From an uncultured Steroidobacteraceae bacterium (GTDB lineage Bacteria > Pseudomonadota > Gammaproteobacteria > Steroidobacterales > Steroidobacteraceae), in NCBI GenBank assembly GCA_964494895.1, contig CAZBTV010000006.1:12043-76042 (forward strand): a stretch of 64,000 nt of DNA. Reading direction: 5' to 3'. Numbering within the stretch: position 1 is the stretch's first letter; the number at the start of each line of letters is the position of its first letter. Below are positions 61,356-64,000 of this stretch, piece after piece. The notes beneath the pieces were generated by a model that saw nothing but the letters and a program-made list of their open reading frames with translations, searched no databases and was not told the DNA's origin. The position numbers and the translations under genes were made by a program.

Positions 61356-62369
61356 ATGGGATATCGCGTTGGCATCCGCGCGCTCCTGATGCTGGGTGTT
61401 GGATTGCTCGCGGCTTGCCTGCCGGCGCCGCGCGCGGCCTCGTCCCCTGCGTGCGATCGCGCCTGTCTGGAGGGATTCGTGGATCGGTATCTCGATGCCA
61501 TGCTGGCGCACGATCCCAGCAAAGTACCGTTTGCGTCCAGTGCGAAGTTTACCGAGAACGGCCAGAAGCTCGATCCGGGCGATGGTCTGTGGCGAACGTT
61601 CACCGGCATGGGGAGCTATCGCCTGTTCGTCACCGATATCGAATCGGGACACGTGGCTTTCCTCGGCTCGATCAAGGAGGCCGGCACCCCGGCCATGCTG
61701 GCGCTGCACCTGAGAATACGCAAAGGGGAGATCACCGCCGCGGAGTCTCTCGTACAACGTAGCGAGAAATCGGCGCAGGGCTTCGAGGAGATCGGCTACA
61801 CCTGGCGCGATCCCGTGCCGGCGCGGGCGCGCATGTCACGGGCGGAGCTCATCAACACGGCCAACATGTATTTTTCTGGAATGCAACAGAACGACGGTAA
61901 GGGAGTCTACCCGTTCGACGACGATTGCAACCGCATCGAGAATGGCGCCTACACTACCAACGTCCCTACTCCTGCCGGGGAGACACGGCCGGATCCGAAG
62001 ACTTCGACCCTGTACTCGAGCCAATGGACCTGCCGCGAGCAGTTCGAGTCCGGCCTGCTGCACTTCGTCTCCCGCATCCGGGACCGGCGCTTCGTGGCTG
62101 TGGATCCGGAGCGCGGGGTGGTGTTCAGTTATGTGTTCTTCGATCACATGGCCGGCGACACGCGCACATTCCGTACCCCGGACGGCCGTACGGTCACGGC
62201 AGGCCCGAAGGAGCCCTGGACCTGGGAAATCGCGGAAGCATTCCGGATCGAGCAAGGCAAGATTCGCCAGATCATGGCGATCATGGAACGGGTGCCGTAC
62301 GGGATGAACTCCGGGTGGAGCACGTGGGAGGAAGGTATGTCCAGCGAGGGTCGGGACGCGTCGAAATGA
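61356..62369 (+). CDS. secreted/lipoprotein hypothetical protein
   Basis: ATG 61356. MGYRVGIRALLMLGVGLLAAC is lipobox-like. No family recognised. Confidence 0.5.
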   Translation: MGYRVGIRALLMLGVGLLAACLPAPRAASSPACDRACLEGFVDRYLDAMLAHDPSKVPFASSAKFTENGQKLDPGDGLWRTFTGMGSYRLFVTDIESGHVAFLGSIKEAGTPAMLALHLRIRKGEITAAESLVQRSEKSAQGFEEIGYTWRDPVPARARMSRAELINTANMYFSGMQQNDGKGVYPFDDDCNRIENGAYTTNVPTPAGETRPDPKTSTLYSSQWTCREQFESGLLHFVSRIRDRRFVAVDPERGVVFSYVFFDHMAGDTRTFRTPDGRTVTAGPKEPWTWEIAEAFRIEQGKIRQIMAIMERVPYGMNSGWSTWEEGMSSEGRDASK

Positions 62370-62399
62370 GTTCGACCCGCACCGGCTCGAAGAAGAGCC

Positions 62400-63692
62400 T
62401 CAGAGCTCCGCGGTACTGTCGCCAAACGCCGCCGTGGGGATACCTGCCTTGTTGAGTACCGTGACGTGCAGGTTCGCAAGCGGCGTACCGTCCGGGCACC
62501 GCACGTGACGACCGCCCGGTAGCTTTCCGCAGGCTCCACCGACGAGGGCCAGCGGCAGCCCGGAGTGGTTGTGCAGGTTGCTGTTGCTCATGTTGCTACC
62601 ATACACGATGAGCGAGTGATCCAGCACCGAGCCGTCGCCATCGCCAATCCGCGCGAGCTTGCTCACGAATTCGGCAAACAGAGCAGTATTGCTGGTTTGT
62701 ACCCTCGCCAGCCGCTCGAGCTTGGCTGGGCTGTTCCCGTGATGCGAGAGCGCATGAAAGGAGTCCGGAACGCCCATGAAGCCGTAGGACTGATTACTTA
62801 CCTCGGCGGCCATCATGAACGTCGCCACCCGTGTCAGCCCCGCCTCATATGCCAGCGCTATCAGGTCGAACATCAGCCGCACGTGCTCATCGAACGGGGT
62901 AGCCGTGTCGCGCGGGATCTCTTCGGATTCCGCGCCGGCCGCGGGCACGAATGCGTGAACCCGTTGCTCGATGGAGCGAAGGTTGGCGAGATAGTCATTG
63001 AGCAGCGACCGATCCCGGGGCCCCAGCTTGCGGCTCAACTCGACTGCCTCGGGGCGAATCACATCCAGCACGCTGCGGCGGTCGTGTAACGGGAGAGCCT
63101 GCTCTCCGACTGAGAAAAGCCGCTGGAAGAGCTTGCGAGGATCATGTTCCATCGGCAAAGGAGTCGCCGACGCGCGGAAGGAGATCGTCTTGGCGTAGAT
63201 GTCTCCGTAGACGCGATCGCAGGCTCCCTCGCCTCCGGCAGTCTCCGTCGCCACCTGAAGCGAATCGAAGCGGGTATCGCGGTGCAGCTTCGCGGCAGCG
63301 ACCTGGTCGACCGTAACGCCCGCCCACGGCTCAGGCGTCACTCGCGGTCTGGCGCAGCTCAGCCAGGTAGCGGGTGTGATCGCATGCACTGGAGGTGCGA
63401 TGGCGGACCGGTTTTCCAGTCCACTGATGACAGTGACCTGCTGACGCAAGGGAGCCAGAGGCGCCAATATCGGTGAAAGCTCGAGCTGCGAACCCTCGCC
63501 TTGCGGAGTCCATTGGTCCATGACAGCGCCATGGGGAAAGTAGACGAAGCCCAGGCAGGACCGGGGCGCGGCGGCGGTACGTGCCAGCGCCGTTCCCGCC
63601 GGAACCATGGCGTCCAGAAAAGGAAGCCCAACCGTTGCGCCGAGGGCCTTGAGCACGGCTCGTCGCGGCAGGTGGATCTTGCTGATGAACAT
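62400..63692 (-). CDS. DUF1552 domain-containing protein (Tat-signal)
   Basis: MFISKIHLPRRAVLKALGATVGLPFLDAMVP is the characteristic DUF1552 N-terminus. GGGGGAG RBS. Confidence 0.8.
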   Translation of the reverse strand: MFISKIHLPRRAVLKALGATVGLPFLDAMVPAGTALARTAAAPRSCLGFVYFPHGAVMDQWTPQGEGSQLELSPILAPLAPLRQQVTVISGLENRSAIAPPVHAITPATWLSCARPRVTPEPWAGVTVDQVAAAKLHRDTRFDSLQVATETAGGEGACDRVYGDIYAKTISFRASATPLPMEHDPRKLFQRLFSVGEQALPLHDRRSVLDVIRPEAVELSRKLGPRDRSLLNDYLANLRSIEQRVHAFVPAAGAESEEIPRDTATPFDEHVRLMFDLIALAYEAGLTRVATFMMAAEVSNQSYGFMGVPDSFHALSHHGNSPAKLERLARVQTSNTALFAEFVSKLARIGDGDGSVLDHSLIVYGSNMSNSNLHNHSGLPLALVGGACGKLPGGRHVRCPDGTPLANLHVTVLNKAGIPTAAFGDSTAEL

Positions 63693-64000
63693 CGTCTCCC
63701 CCTAAGACTTCGACGAGAATGTGAGCACGCCGACTCCGTCAGTCAATCCTGGCCAGGACCAGTGACCACCCTGTGCCTGGACGCTCGCTCGTTCCGGTGC
63801 AAGGGGGGAGCATTCGCCAATGTGCTTGGAGATGGGAGAAAGGCGGCGCTTTGACAGGCATCGGCGCGAGCCGCTACGCTAGATCGATTACGCAACTGTT
63901 TGTTCCACAATGCGGAACCAACAGCGCCGCGCCTCAAGTCAACTTTCCGGACGGATCGCCATGAATTCCCCTTCCGACAGTGATGTGGCCGTCATCCAGC

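Overview
Visibly GC-rich chromosomal DNA (GC not computed) from a Gram-negative, probably gamma- or beta-proteobacterial genome, judged from the lysC-lysA fusion, DsbA, AsmA, an RND/OMF efflux operon and an OprB-type porin. All family calls come from reading the translated ORFs and recalling family motifs. No searches were run. I can support about 50 protein-coding genes. I recognised no rRNA, tRNA, CRISPR array, intact IS or prophage. Layout: (1) 0-18 kb is housekeeping: a PBP1B fragment, lysC-lysA, glgC, a transaldolase/phosphoketolase/acetate-kinase cluster, elaB-yqjE-yqjK, an L,D-transpeptidase, a BON lipoprotein, Mpg, two tandem amidohydrolases and dsbA. (2) 18-20 kb holds a Y1 (IS200/RayT-like) transposase homologue with a degenerate HUH motif fused to a DnaA-domain-IV-like HTH, next to a 585-bp non-coding gap. 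(3) 20-26 kb is a leucine/isovalerate catabolic cluster (mccA, mccB, ivd, GntR regulator). (4) 27.5-34.8 kb is the most unusual part, an atypical signalling locus. It has a soluble protein made of two duplicated sensor-like modules fused to a CheW-like domain, a 1203-aa hybrid kinase with two complete HisKA-HATPase cores and two receivers, and a 106-aa DHp-only (H-box) mini-protein translationally coupled to a FixJ/LuxR-type response regulator. No cheA or HPt domain is visible. (5) 35-51 kb carries an SDR, fpr, an AsmA-family protein, csrA, a GIY-YIG-like orphan, a LysR regulator, MFS transporters, a LytS/LytTR pair, UrcA, a porin and glgX. (6) 51-61 kb is an MdtABC-OMF-type efflux operon. (7) 61-64 kb has an orphan secreted protein and a DUF1552 gene. 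Nucleotide-level observations: a 162-nt nested palindrome that supplies the phosphoketolase stop codon, a structured leader upstream of lysC-lysA, a minus-strand intrinsic terminator with no nearby CDS, and an A/T tract in the 19.6-20.2 kb gap. Many long ORFs in the track are antisense or GC artefacts and were rejected.
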